From: Curvularia clavata
Lineage: Eukaryota
Direction of reading: 5' to 3'
Length of the DNA stretch: 64,000 nucleotides
Assembly: GCA_023920165.1 (NCBI GenBank)
Contig: CP089276.1
Location: forward strand, 2,046,001-2,110,000
The stretch's first letter is position 1. Each line of letters opens with the position of its first letter. The translations under genes and the position numbers were made by a program. Under the pieces are notes generated by a model that searched no databases, was not told where the DNA came from, and saw only the letters and a list, made by a program, of their open reading frames with translations. This document shows positions 36,333 through 48,761 of the stretch, piece after piece.

Positions 36333-37322
36333 CATTCTGGACGAAGCCGGCGGAGCGGATTCGTTGAGACGGCGGTCGAGATCCTAACGGGAACTTGCGT
36401 CCTTTCCAGGGCAAGGCTGCCAGGAACGTGGAGCACTTCCATGGTACATAGGCTGGGCCGTCGTGTATACGACGAGACGGTGAGATTTGTGGGTTCAATT
36501 AAGGTTTTGTTTGCAGGATGGCAGCCGCACGTGGGGGGGACTTTGCTTGTGTCCTAGCGCACAGACTCAATTGAATGTGGGGGGTTGACTTGTTCAAGGC
36601 AGAGCGACACATGGGGTGCATAGTATGCCAACACCATGGCATTTTATGCAAAACAATTCACGATGCTCTCTTCCCATGTGGGTTTCTCTGTTAGCGAGTT
36701 TAAAATACACAGCTTGACTGCCAACCACCCGAGCTCCCTCTTTTGCCCCGGTTTTCCGGAGTTACGGCATAACAGTACGTAGTCGGTGGCTTGCTTGGCG
36801 CCACCCTTTGGCGAAGCACCTTCGAGTCTACGCGTGCTCTCCACACTCAAGCTCAACCGGTTTCGTCGGGAATCCACGATGGCTGTTATGCCAATTCCAA
36901 ACTTACCCATCTGCGTCATCGATGAGACAAACCACGCAAAAGATCTGCAAACAGGCAGCGTTTAATTATGGGTCCTTCGGGTATCCATCCAGCGAAACAA
37001 AACCATAGTTTCGCTCCCACTGCTCCACATAATCTACTTGTAGGCCAGTGAGTGTCGCTGTGATCGCTGATCTCTTCACCTGCAGCGAAACGCAGAGAAT
37101 TTTATGGAAAAAGCGGATTTGTACGAACTGAGCCTGCGCTGTGCATTGAATATCGTGAGAACAACTATCCAATCATCTAAAGCACGAGTATCAACACTAT
37201 GAGTCGAAAAATAACCAGCCAAGCAGCAATCCATATCTGGGGCACAAAAGCATACGCCATGCAATTCTCTACCCAATTCTAAACCCCGTTTCAAAGAGCC
37301 AAGTTCAGTACCTTGGACACAT

Positions 37323-39851
37323 CTAACCCCTCTTCCTCGCCTTCTTCTCTCTCTCATAAGCATTCTTCTCCCTGCCCTCCTCGCCCTGGATCTCCGCAAC
37401 AAGCCTCCTGTACTTGGTCTCGTATGCACGATCCTTCTCCTTCTTCTCCTTGAGACTCTCTCTCGCAATGAAGTTAGCATCCTTACGCAGCTCACGCAGC
37501 GCTCCTTTCCTCTCGCGCTTGTACTCCTTCTGTAGCTTCTTGGCCTCTGAGCGCTCCTTGTCGGGATCGTAGTGCCGGTTGGGATCGAATGATTCTTCGA
37601 ACTTAGGAATGTTGGATTTGATAGGCAGAGGACGGTGGTTGTGGAGAAGAAGAGGCCGTCGCTTAGAGCGCGCAAGGGAGATGCGGGCTTGTAGATTTTG
37701 CAGAGTGGAGGTCTGCTTGGATGTCTTGAGGGGCGTCAAGAGAGGTGTGAAAACTTCGATGAAAGATGGTGAAGTGCTCCACAGTTCAGCAGCTGTAATG
37801 ACATTCTTGCTGTGAGCGACGAGGAGCGTAGCTGTGGCATGCTCTGAAGCAAGACAGAGCCCTGTATAGCGGATGAACTCGGGAATGTATCGCTTCGATA
37901 GTCTTTGGTAGTGGAGGCACTGTGCGCCGACAAAAGCACCAGTAGCAACGTCTTTGGTCGAGGCTGGCGAAGTGAGGCCCATCCAGCGCGCCATCAGAGT
38001 GACAGCTGGTGTCACGACTTGATGGAAATGATCAGAGGTAGGGAAGATGGATCCAATCGCCGACAAAAGCGCGAGATCACCTGGCGTTGGGTCGTTGGAG
38101 ACCTGCAGTTGCTTCAAGTGTTCTCGGAACCTGGTCGCAATCTGAACAGGGTACGAACGTGACATAGAATGAACGTGACGGATGATAGCCTCGATCACGG
38201 CCAAGGGCGCGACGGGGGTCTGATTCGAAAGGTATGAGACATGATCAATGAGCGCGCAAGCAAAATCAGCAAGCTTGTTCTTGTTGTCTGCATGGAGGCC
38301 AGCGTGGTAAAGTGCACGTATCCTCTGAATAACAGTCGATGTATCGTTGATAGCAACGTCCTTGAATACCTTCAACAGCTCTTCGTGTGAGCGAGGGCAT
38401 GCATACGTATAGGCTAGTTTCGACGAAGGCTCAGCACTCAGGGTGAGAACACCATTGACAGCCTTTGGTTGCTCCTTGCGCTCTGGCATGACGTCCTTAA
38501 GAAAATCAGCATCTTCGTCGTCCATGGCCATGGTGTCGTCGATAGCGGAGCCCGCCTCAGATTCATCGTCAGAAATGTCAGCTTCCGAGTCGGTAGCGAT
38601 GAGATCGTCATCCATGATGAAGTCGTCCTCGTCGTCAACACCGTCCGGTCGGAGCTGACCGGGAGCCTTCAATCCAAACTCAGCAGCGTCATCTGGGAGA
38701 CTATCTTCGTCTTCGTCTTCGTCTTCGTCTTCGTCCTCCTCGAGCTCGTAAGCACCCTTCTTGCGAGGCTCCTCGTCGTCGCTGACTGGCTCTCCACGCA
38801 TCCTCTTCATGCGCTTCTGCTCGAGCTCCTTCAAACGGTCAGCCTCCTCCTTGGCCTTTTCCTCTTCTGTTTTTGTTCGTTCTGTCGGCTTCGCTCGCTG
38901 GTCTTGCAGCAACTGGCGCACCCTGGTATCGTACTCTCTATCTTTGTCCTGTTGTGTGGCTCCAGCAAGGAGTGCTGCACGGTCGGCGTTCATGCCAAAG
39001 TCGTTAAGCTGCGAGGATTTGGGCGCTTCAGGCTCAGGCTTCTTGTTGATGTGTCCTCGCAGGGCCAGCAAAACGTCGTTAAGATCCTTGTCGAGCTCGT
39101 CTCTCAGTTCTTCGTCGTCCTCCTTTTGTGCCTGACGCTCGTACTTGTGCTGCTTTGACTTGGCTATGACCTCCTTCATGACCTCTTGTTTGCTCTTCTT
39201 CCTCTCCGGCTGCTCCTCTGCAGGAGCATCGTCGCCAGCCTCACCATCTACATCTTCTCTCCGCCTCTTCTTTTTCAGGAAACCGTCTTCATCATCGCTC
39301 GATCCAGCGATACTTGCCGCATCGTAGTCTTCCTCGCCAATTTCGTCGTCAAAACGCAGCGTCTGTCCACCGTGCGTAAGCTCGACCTCATCAGCGTCGT
39401 CCTCGAGATCAAACACGTTGCCACCCCTCTTGCGCTGCTGTTCCCGCTCAAAACGCGCCATCATCTTGTCCTCGAGACTCATTGTCGGATCGTCTTCTCC
39501 AATTCGCCTGTCTAGAATACCTCCGACCTTATTTTTGCGGTGCATTTCTGGCAAGAGCGATTTCCTACGGGCCTCTTCGCCCTGGCTCTTGGTGACACCA
39601 GGCCTGCCGAGAATCTTCTTGGGCGCATTCTCAGCCTGTGCGGAGACATACTCATGCTTATGCGGGCGCGCAAGATGCTTGAACTCGAAGGGATTGAAGG
39701 ATTCGCGGATTGAGGCGAGCGCAGAAGCTCTTCGTTCGCGGTGGTCGGCGTTCTTGGATTGCGACTTCTTCTGTTTCTTAGACTTTTGTGGACCGGTAAT
39801 GCCCTGCTCGCGAAGCGAGGTTTTCAGCCGCTTCAGCTGTGAAGGTGGCAT
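37323..39851 (-). CDS. NOP14: Nucleolar protein Nop14 (SSU processome); single exon
   Basis: MPPSQLKRLK start, FNPFE, KKSKQEVMKEVIAKSK, FPTSDHFHQVVTPA, and C-terminal YKRERKGALRELRKDANF. Confidence 0.95.
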   Translation of the reverse strand: MPPSQLKRLKTSLREQGITGPQKSKKQKKSQSKNADHRERRASALASIRESFNPFEFKHLARPHKHEYVSAQAENAPKKILGRPGVTKSQGEEARRKSLLPEMHRKNKVGGILDRRIGEDDPTMSLEDKMMARFEREQQRKRGGNVFDLEDDADEVELTHGGQTLRFDDEIGEEDYDAASIAGSSDDEDGFLKKKRRREDVDGEAGDDAPAEEQPERKKSKQEVMKEVIAKSKQHKYERQAQKEDDEELRDELDKDLNDVLLALRGHINKKPEPEAPKSSQLNDFGMNADRAALLAGATQQDKDREYDTRVRQLLQDQRAKPTERTKTEEEKAKEEADRLKELEQKRMKRMRGEPVSDDEEPRKKGAYELEEDEDEDEDEDEDSLPDDAAEFGLKAPGQLRPDGVDDEDDFIMDDDLIATDSEADISDDESEAGSAIDDTMAMDDEDADFLKDVMPERKEQPKAVNGVLTLSAEPSSKLAYTYACPRSHEELLKVFKDVAINDTSTVIQRIRALYHAGLHADNKNKLADFACALIDHVSYLSNQTPVAPLAVIEAIIRHVHSMSRSYPVQIATRFREHLKQLQVSNDPTPGDLALLSAIGSIFPTSDHFHQVVTPAVTLMARWMGLTSPASTKDVATGAFVGAQCLHYQRLSKRYIPEFIRYTGLCLASEHATATLLVAHSKNVITAAELWSTSPSFIEVFTPLLTPLKTSKQTSTLQNLQARISLARSKRRPLLLHNHRPLPIKSNIPKFEESFDPNRHYDPDKERSEAKKLQKEYKRERKGALRELRKDANFIARESLKEKKEKDRAYETKYRRLVAEIQGEEGREKNAYEREKKARKRG

Positions 39852-40145
39852 TTTTCCAAATGAGGTCGCTCAAGGCTGCAAGAGCCTTTTTCAGGTAGTG
39901 ACTGCGGGTGCGGCGAAGGAAAGGACTCGCAGGCGACACGAGATGGGCGTTAGCATGAAATTATTTCAGCGGGTCAAAAGTTCGACATGGGTAGTCCGGC
40001 TTAGCGCGACAGCCATGCCGTTCTCTCCCCCACACCGCACCCGACTTCCGACATCATCGTCCGGTTGCACTGCAGACGGGCAATGCGATGATGCCTCCAG
40101 ACTTTCACGCTATACACTGTGAAACATGAACACACCTTCACAGCC

Positions 40146-40844
40146 ATGGCATCCAAGATCCCCGACCATTGGCTCTGGCTCGGCCTAGGTGCGCTCTTCC
40201 CTTCGTTGGCTGCATCATCCACCAGGCACTGATCTAACTGTCTATCAGGCGTCTTTACCTTCATAGCCGTACAGCAAGTCTCACACGGCCTTCAGCACAT
40301 GCGCACCCTTACCGCGATCCGAAACCCACAAAATGTACCCTCGCAACGCCGTACCATACCTTCCAGCCCGGTCCCCGGCTCCCCTACTCACCAGGAAGAC
40401 GCAATCAAGACATCCTCACTACTAACCCTTGCCACAAGCCATAACAACGACATCCGTGCCTCGGCTACTAAGATTCTCTGCACGCGCTTCTATGCTTCCA
40501 AAACGGCAAAGGACCTTCTAATCAAGGATCTGTACAGCAAGGACGAAGAGGTGGTGCATCGTGCGCAATTGGCTCTCAATCTGCTCTGCGACATGGGCGT
40601 CTGGCGGGACTCTTCACTTGCGCCGCGCACGCCTAGGGGTGGGTGGCGCTTGATGGAGAGCCGCGTGCAGACTGGCGGGATGGGTGGTTCTGAGAGAGAT
40701 GTGCGGCGCCGGCGGAGGGAGGCTATGGTGATTAGTGACGGCGAAGGCGGGATGGCCGAGGACGTCTTCATGAGGGACCAAGAGGGCGAGGACCAACAGG
40801 AAGATGATGAGTCACCACAATCAGCCCTTGACTTTGTCTTCTGA
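40146..40844 (+). CDS. Small fungal protein of unknown function with an N-terminal hydrophobic segment; 2 exons
   Basis: ATG 40146 in CAGCCATGG context. Intron 40189-40248 (GTGCGC...CTAAC...CAG) joins MASKIPDHWLWLGL|GVFTFIAVQQVSHGLQH in frame to ORF 40299..40844, which contains an RRRRREAMVI motif. Confidence 0.7.
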
Positions 40845-41002
40845 ACTTGCGGGGTTCTGACTGATGCTGAATCTTCTAAACAAGGCAAGCGAGAACTTCC
40901 CAATTACGATACCCAGATATTAAAGCAACATGCGCATTCTACCATCATGTCATATTCTCTGAACTGTGTTTGATACGATGCCTCATAGCTGAATCACCGC
41001 TT

Positions 41003-43619
41003 CTACCGTCCATCCTCACTCCGCCCAAATCCTCTGAACCCTACGTCCCTCCTGAAGAATTTCCCAATGTTTTTCAGATTGTTCTCCAAATTCGCCCCGC
41101 TATCTGCACCGCCACCTTGCTGTTGCTGTTGCCCAGGTGCAGGGCTACCAAACCGATCCACCCCATCCCTCGCTGCATTAACAAGCATGTTTCCGAGCCC
41201 CGCTGCATCAAACCTGCCACTGCTAAGACTCGGTGTGCCCATGACGCTTCCTGTCGCACTACCTATGCCTGTATTGTTCTGGATCAACAAAGGCGTAAGG
41301 AATGGTGAGCTCTGAACGAGATTTGCATGGTTAGGCGAGGCACGGAAAGCAGCAAAGAGGTCCAAGAGTTGTGTTTGCTCTGCCTTGCGGATGCCCTTGA
41401 GTTCGAGCACCTTGCGGAAGTTGGTGTCGGACTTGTCAGCGATGTGGATCAAGTAGGCTTGTACAAGGGCTTCAGGCGGCGAGGGGCGGACCTGCAGCGT
41501 CTTGAGGAGAGGATCGATCTTTGAGGTCGACTGGTTTACGCGTTTGACGAAACTAAACCCAAACAGTCAGCGGTCCGCTGCAATAACGGGTAACAAGTCT
41601 GTTGGAGTACATACCTAGCTGGTGGCGCCGTACCCGGCTCATCGTTGAGCGTAGGTATCTCCGTCAACCCCTTCTTCAAGACGTATGAATCTAGCAACAT
41701 CTGCTCTGCCCCAACCTCGGAAATCGGCTTGCATTGCACAATGTTGGCAATGTATGTGGATGCCATCAAATCAACAAGGTTGTCGCTGAATGCTCGCGCA
41801 TACTGTTGCTTATGGAGGTACTTCAGGATCTCGCCAGACCTCTCTTTGACATTACGCAGAAGCTCGGCAACATATGTGCTTTGGTCACCAACACTCTCCA
41901 ACTTTGACCAAGGTGTGTTTCGCATCTCCCGCCAGCTAGGTTCGCATGCAATCTCGACCTTCCGGACTAGCATGCGTACTGTCGCACTGGCGATACCCAT
42001 AAAGGCATCGGCTTGGCTTTGCAGGTCTACCTTTTCCCTAAACTCTTCATCTATGCGGCCTTTGATCTTCTCCTCTAACTGGTTGCAAGTAACGTAGCAG
42101 TAGTCTGCAGTATTGAGAATGAGGACGGCATCTTCAATAGACGGCCCTTGAGCACCCGACTTCTCGCTGAGAAAGTAGTAGAGCACTTGTTGGCCGTACT
42201 GGTCCAGGTATTTGGCAAAAGTTGTAGAAAGCTCCTGCAGCCGTGTTCCAGTTGAGAGTTTAGCGCATTGTGCCAGAGTCATACGGTAGAAATTGAACAA
42301 CTCTGTCGATGAGGGTATGACTGCTTGGTGCGAAAATTCCTCTTCCGGGTTTCGTAAGGGTTGCTGCCGGTACTTTGGTATCAGGCTCGCAAGTTGTCTG
42401 AATCGTTAGAGAAATGTTTCCTAATCGTTCTTATGGCACATACTTGTCTTGAGACTCCACCCAGAGGCTCATGTAGGGCTCGAAAGCCTCAGAAATAGCT
42501 TGACTGAAGCCATGAGGTCGATCGTCCTTGGAAGTCATGGTATCTATTGAGGAACGAGACTGTACAACGTAAGTATTCATGAATTGATTTTGTTTCCCTC
42601 TGACGAACCTCATTCGAGAACCGCCGTTCCAGGCTTTGTTCAAAGTCGAGAGTTTCCTGTAGACACGAGAGGAGAAGTGTAACGTCTAGACTTTGACCGT
42701 CGCCTCTTCGTACAGATTTCTGCAGGATGGACTTGAAATCTTCTCGCGTGCCTTCGCAAAACGAGTTGGCCAGCATCTCGTTCACACGCCAATAGGCTGG
42801 AAAAATGGAGGCATGCTCGACATCATAAGTCTTCATCATGCGATTAAACCAGCTATATCTCCGCCCGATGTTGTCTAAGGAGCCAGCTTCGTCGTTGCCA
42901 CGGAAAACCTGTCGGTACTCGCGAAGCTGCGTGTTGCAATACCAATTGATAAGGCGTGTCCGCGCATGCTCGCCGAGTGCATCAATGACGAGGCAGGCTT
43001 CTGCAAGCATAGCCTTTCGTTGAGCCGTTTCCCCCTTGGCAAATGTCACCTCAAAGTCTTCGCAGACTTGTTCTAGCAACTCGCCCTGCACGTCTGCCAC
43101 ATTACGACTCAGGGTAGCAATCTGATCTATCGAGCGATAGCTCTTGAAATGGGCCACGAGCTGCAAGACGGCCTGCAGCAGCTGGGCGCATTCTCGATAC
43201 TGCCGTGATTTGCTCAGGCTACGTAGTTGTTCGTATGCCGTCGTCAACATCTGCAACCGCTTCAGGGCCGTCATAGAGAGGGTCAGGTTCTTCTTTGTGC
43301 TGTCCAAGCGCTTTATGTCCGCAGTCATCTCGGTGATGGTCTGTTCCGTCTGCATTGCCCGCTCCCTGACGCTTTCAATCCGCTTGAACAGGTCGGCCAA
43401 CTCCGCCTTTGCGGACTGTATGCGTTGCACGCTGTCGGCATCGGAGCTGGACTGTGACGCGACGACGGCTGCGATGTCCTCGTCGAGATCATCTTGGTAG
43501 CTGCGGAGAGCCTCGGAGGTGGCAGAGACGGAGGCGAGCGTGGCGGGGTGGGAGAAGATGGCGTTGAGGTGGTCAATGGGGTCGTATTCAGCTGCATTGA
43601 GCGTCAGCGCCGAATCCAT
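41003..43619 (-). CDS. VPS53: GARP complex subunit Vps53; 4 exons
   Basis: YDPIDHLNAIF, ITEMTADIKRLDSTKKNLTLSMTALKRLQML, EAGSLDNIGRRYSWF, ISEAFEPYMSLWV, CKPISEVGAEQMLLD, FRKVLELKG. Three canonical introns link the ORF pieces. Confidence 0.93.
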
Positions 43620-44312
43620 GATTCCGGACACTACAGGTTGGCGTGCGTACTAGATTCCAGAGAGGGAGAAAGGCCAGGCATATGGGTTGGCGGGAGTCCG
43701 CATCAATGCGCCTCGCTCGCGATACGCTGTTGCACACGCTGCGAACCGCAGGACACGCCGAGTGGAAAAAAGGGAAATGGAAAGCAGCTTTGGTTACTTT
43801 TATTACTGGGATTGTTTTCTGTTACGCGAAAAGGAGCATACGTGCTATATAGCAGCTGTGGTGTCACTGGGGAATCGTGTGGGGTGTACATAGCTAGCTG
43901 TACAAGCCACCATAGGTATCCGTGCTTGCAACCCTCTCCAACCCGATCCAGGGTCTAATCGTCCGATAGCTCGACTTGCCCTTAGTAGAGATACTGACCG
44001 TCTAGCGCCACGCAAAGTAAACAAACTAACATGCAGATTTAGAAAACACAGGTAGTTCAGAAGCAAATGCGATTGGTTGCAATACTGAACATATAAGGGT
44101 TTACGATTTTGCTTACTCAAAACCCTAGGGCTGAGTGTACCACGTGATCTTCCATGTAACGTACTGCCCAAACAGGAGCCGTTGTCGTCGATAACGATAT
44201 GATTTTCAATGCATCGTAGGCACTCTTTTAAGAATTGCTTTCTTTTAGTGGAAATCTGATAACTGTGGCCTTATCATCAACCAAGGGAAAGGCGTATATT
44301 ATCTGCGTTGAA

Positions 44313-45588
44313 CTATTGCTGAAACAGAGCAAGAAAGCCGTTGTATACGAGACTGCGATCCTTTTGGGTGAGTGAACTTGCATCTCCCGTTCCGGTCCAA
44401 TAGAATAGACCACCGAGTCCGTTTTGTCGTACGTAGTTTGCCTTCATTCTTACAGTATGTGGGTTGTCGTAAGTGACTAGACCCCCATCGCCGCCGACAC
44501 AGTAAGCCGCACCAAGCTGTGCATCCACATGCTCCTCTGCACCCGGTCTTGGCAGATCTCGGTACTCAAATGTACCTTCTTCTCCCGCCTGTCCAGAGAA
44601 TGAGTGGCCTATCCCACGAGTACCGGTAAAACTTCGACCATACGCCGGTATGCCCATGACAATCTTGTGCCTCGGAACACCTTGTCGCACCATGTACGAG
44701 ACGGCGGAATGGCAAGAGATGGCCGCTTCAGGGCTATGTGGAATATGCGGCGTGTAGAGCTGTGCCTGATGACCACATTTAGACACCCACGGCCCAGAGT
44801 AGTCGTACGCCATGAGATTAACCATGTCCAGGTACTGTGCTGCATGCCCTAGGTTGATGTGTTGGAGAGCCCATTCTCCTGCTGGAAGGGCTGATGACAG
44901 AGTGTACTGCGGAGCTGGGAGATACTGCCGGATGGCGGCTAGTAGAGCAATATAGTCCTGGCCTTGGCTAGCATCAGATGGGTGCTCCCAGTCAACTGTA
45001 ATTTGTTCAGTACTTGTCTCATTACTGATAGGAGGGAAAGCTGACTGTCGATTCCATCAATACCGAATTGCTGTACAAGAGCTAATGACGACTGGGCAAA
45101 ACGCTCGCGGCGGGCTGGGTCCCGCGCAACACCCGCAAATGGCTCACTGCCCTTGCCGCCACCACCAACAGAGAGCACGACTCTTAACCTCGTGTACTTT
45201 CTCTTAAGAAGTGCAAATGAGTTTAGACAACCTTTGGTTGCAGGAATATCGTCAGCACCTGGGACATCAATCTGTGCATCAGCCCACTCGTCGCTCAACT
45301 GTGGAGCAGGTCAGTCTAGAATATACAAAAAAGCTCGACACACGTACGTATACCGTCCCATCTTCCTTGACCCTAGATTTGAATTAGCATATGTCTCTAG
45401 CATTTCGTAAATATAAAGTACCAGGCAAACGCATAGAAGACATGCGAGATGACATCGTAGTTCAGCGACACGGGCGGCTGATTGCGATAGATTCGCCAGT
45501 TAGGGTAGTACACGCCGTTCCAGTACATAGTTTGCAGTGGTGTGGAAAATGTGGTGTCGTGACTAGGCGGGTTGAAGTAGTCTCGCAT
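44313..45588 (-). CDS. GH18 chitinase (fungal subgroup A type) without an evident signal peptide; at least 4 exons including a 25-nt microexon (45348-45372)
   Basis: VYYPNWRIY...SHVFYAFA, LSVGGG, spliced catalytic motif GIDGID|IDWEHP, NLMAYDYSG, KIVMGIPAYGRSF, GLGGLFYW. The start may be 45588 or 45528. Confidence 0.9.
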
Positions 45589-46973
45589 TGTCGGTCGTCG
45601 TCAGCTAAATGCTTAGCTTGCTGCACGTCAGGGTACCCTGCAGGCACAGACCCGTATCTGGGCCTGAAGGATCAGAGTCCGGCGGGTATCGGAAGCTGTG
45701 CATAACTCGTTAACAGACAACAATGTGGCTTGGTACTCATCTAGGAGTATGTGTGGGGGATTGTACGTAATGCAAGGTAGTAACTATGAATAACTAGTCG
45801 TCTGGTTGCTATAGAATCGAGAGAAATGAATCAGAAATGGTAGTGTACGAAATGTGTCCATGTGTCTGAGGGATTTCTGAGGCATGTTCTGGATGTCTTG
45901 TATATACATGTGAAGTCAATGACAACGGTATCACAAGCGGCTCAATGATGCAATGCACCGGCGATTGTACTAGATGTCGACGGACTCTCCACTTAACCTG
46001 GAACGGACGAAGTCTTCTTTGTAGGGCTTGGTGTAGCTGATGGTTTATCTGCACTGAATTAGACGGTGAAGCCCAGCCTGGCAGCTTGGTAAACTACCGA
46101 AGTAATGGCGTTAGCCAAGATCCATGAATAGCGTGAGCCAGGGACGCATTGCTTCGTAGGCCGCGATGCTCCGAAGCATTGCATTCTCGTGATCCGGAGG
46201 CTAACACACTAAGATAAAAACAGAATAGAAAAGCTTGAATCTAAGCGCCTCAACTCCGCATAAGGAGAAAGAAGATGAAAAAAAGGGCGTGTCATGGATG
46301 GTATGTCACACGCTATAGTGGTACGAAGAAGCGTCCGATGTCACGTCTCGAGAACAGAAAGCAAACACAAGGACGAGCGTATCCAGATACGTTTGGAAAC
46401 AGGCTTGCTGGTTGTAGACGGTGGCTGTGATGCGTGCGCCTCTGCTGAGCATCGGGGGGCTGACAGTAAGTGAGGTGGAAGATGTGGCGCAGCGCAGGTG
46501 TGGGGTTCCAAGGCGGTGCCAATGGTGACAGCCGGGTAGACGGCACGCACGAATTTCAGATGAAGCCCATGGTCACCACAAGACAAGGACAAAGTGGTAA
46601 AGTGGGACGGAAGCGTCTTTCAACATTGATCCAGTAGGTTGCATAGTAAGTGCAGGCGTATAGAGGAGGTCTGATCTGCTGCTTGGCGATCACGTGTTTT
46701 CGCGCTGTCGATCCCGAAGGTAGGCTGTCTGGCGAGCCGCTTATGTCGACATCCGACTACACATACAGCTGCTCTCCAATAACAACGAACATTACCCCCA
46801 CAAAGCCACCCGGCTTTTATGGAAGATTCAGGATCGCGCATCATCTAGAATTACATGCGCAAACCGCGACAACATCCATCTATAAGCAGTAAGCCACGGC
46901 AACTCGGATCGTGATCGGACGCATCAGCTACTAAAAACCACCTCTCTACGCGCTCTCATAAAGCGCACCAACA

Positions 46974-47797
46974 ATGACTGAGGTCATGACATCAGTAGCG
47001 GCGCCGGTGTCCGAACAGAAATCTGCAGAGGCTCGGCCGCCGCAATACAACTTCAAATTCAGCGAGTTTCTTAGACGTGAATACCGATTTGGCCTCAATC
47101 CTGACCGCCCAACCTGTAAAGCATATCTCCAAGGCCACTGCCCAGACGGCAGTAAATGCCCAAACAAACACAATGTCTCCTCATCTTACAACAAGTATGC
47201 AGCTAGTAGTCTCCCATGTATTGCTATTAGAAACTGACCAAAGTCCTCAGTCTCGTATGCAAACATTGGCTGCGCGGTCTCTGTAAGAAAGGCGAAACAT
47301 GCGAGTTCCTTCACGAATACAACCTCCGACGAATGCCCGAATGTTCCTACTATGCCCGGACACAAACCTGCTCAAACGGCGATGATTGTTTATACCTCCA
47401 CTTAGATCCTGATGCGAAGCGCCCGTCATGTCCACACTACGATCGAGGATTCTGCCCACTTGGCCCACACTGCGCGCTGAAGCACAACAAGAAGGAAAAA
47501 CTGTGTCCGTTCTACCTATGCGGTTTCTGCCCCGAAGGCAAGGGCTGCAAGTACGGAGCCCACCCACGATATCCCACAGACCTCAAGAAACCTGAAGTTC
47601 GTGTGGAGAAGAGTGCAGAGGAGCTCGAGGCGGAGAAACTAGAACGTGAGCGTGAGATGATGAAGAGAGAAGAGGAAGAACGCGAACGTGACGATAGGAA
47701 TGGTCACCAAGGCGGTCGCGGCTTTAGGGGCAACTGGGACCGCAAAAAGCGCGGTGGCAGAAGGGGTAGGGGTGGTAGAGGGCGTGGAGACTTTTAA
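46974..47797 (+). CDS. YTH1: mRNA 3'-end processing protein Yth1 (CPSF30); 2 exons
   Basis: Five CCCH zinc fingers. Intron 47195-47250 joins to [33 protein letters not shown]-rich C-terminal tail. Confidence 0.95.
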
Positions 47798-48761
47798 GAT
47801 ATTGACGTGGCGTTTGAGAGAGCGTTTGCTTTTTCTATGATTTCCCTAAACCCCTACGATTACCAGTCTACCATAGTGGACTAAGGTACCAAAACTCAGA
47901 TGTGATGGGAACATACCAAAACTGATTCTGACGGTACATCATGCGGTGCTGAGCCCCGACTAGCTGAGCTAACAGCTGTTTTGCCAACGCTCATGGACTT
48001 TTTGGGGCACGATGGATTGTTGCCAATGAACCTACCGTATTATAACAGGATCAGGAGTATATATGCGAACCCATAAACAATAGAGTAATTTATCAAAATT
48101 TGGAGCTCCATCTTCACGTTCTTATGTCCACACGCTGCCGTAGAACTCCTGTATTTATGATCAGAGTGTATGTTTCCAGAACAACGTTAATACAGCAGTA
48201 TTGTAGAGTACACCCGGAGCATTTTGTATTCATAAGCTTTTTTTATCATATACTCCGTAGCTGCTTAGTAAGGGAACACTGTATCATATGGTATGAAGCA
48301 ATTATCACCATATAACGTCACGCATACACAACCAGCTCGCAAGTTTATGCAGTTAGAACCTTTCTCGTTTCTCCTAGTGGAGGAATCACGTGATACACTA
48401 GTTTGAAGAGATGTCTATGCGGGAGCGGCTTTTCAGTAAACACCAATACGGGGCTGACTTCAATTGCAAAAACACAATTTCTGTTTCATAGAATTTTGAA
48501 CACTAGAGCATTAATGTGGCAAGGTTGTTGTAAAAGCTAGAGCCACGCGGCTCGCTGAGCCTAAGCGCCGTGACAACAGCCTAGCAGCACCTGGGTTCAT
48601 TCACTTGATTGCCCAACATCTAGAACTGTAAGCGTATCACCATGTGCATAACAGGTACAGGATAGGGTTGTAGTATACGAATACTCCGATTGCGCGATCA
48701 ATCGTCGTCTGCGACAGGCCCGTATATCGATTTCACGATAACTATCTTACTGCATTCCAGG

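Noticed and set aside
38704..38735. (TCTTCG)n repeat
   Set aside because: It simply encodes the acidic EDEDED tract of Nop14 on the minus strand.
47895..47935. Box C/D snoRNA-like words (GTGATGG...CTGA) downstream of YTH1
   Set aside because: Box C is imperfect, the span is too short, and no rRNA-complementary guide was recognised.
48000..48760. AT-rich spacer before the HET gene as a possible RIP-degraded transposon
   Set aside because: No terminal repeats, target-site duplication or transposase remnants. Composition is compatible with an ordinary terminator/promoter.
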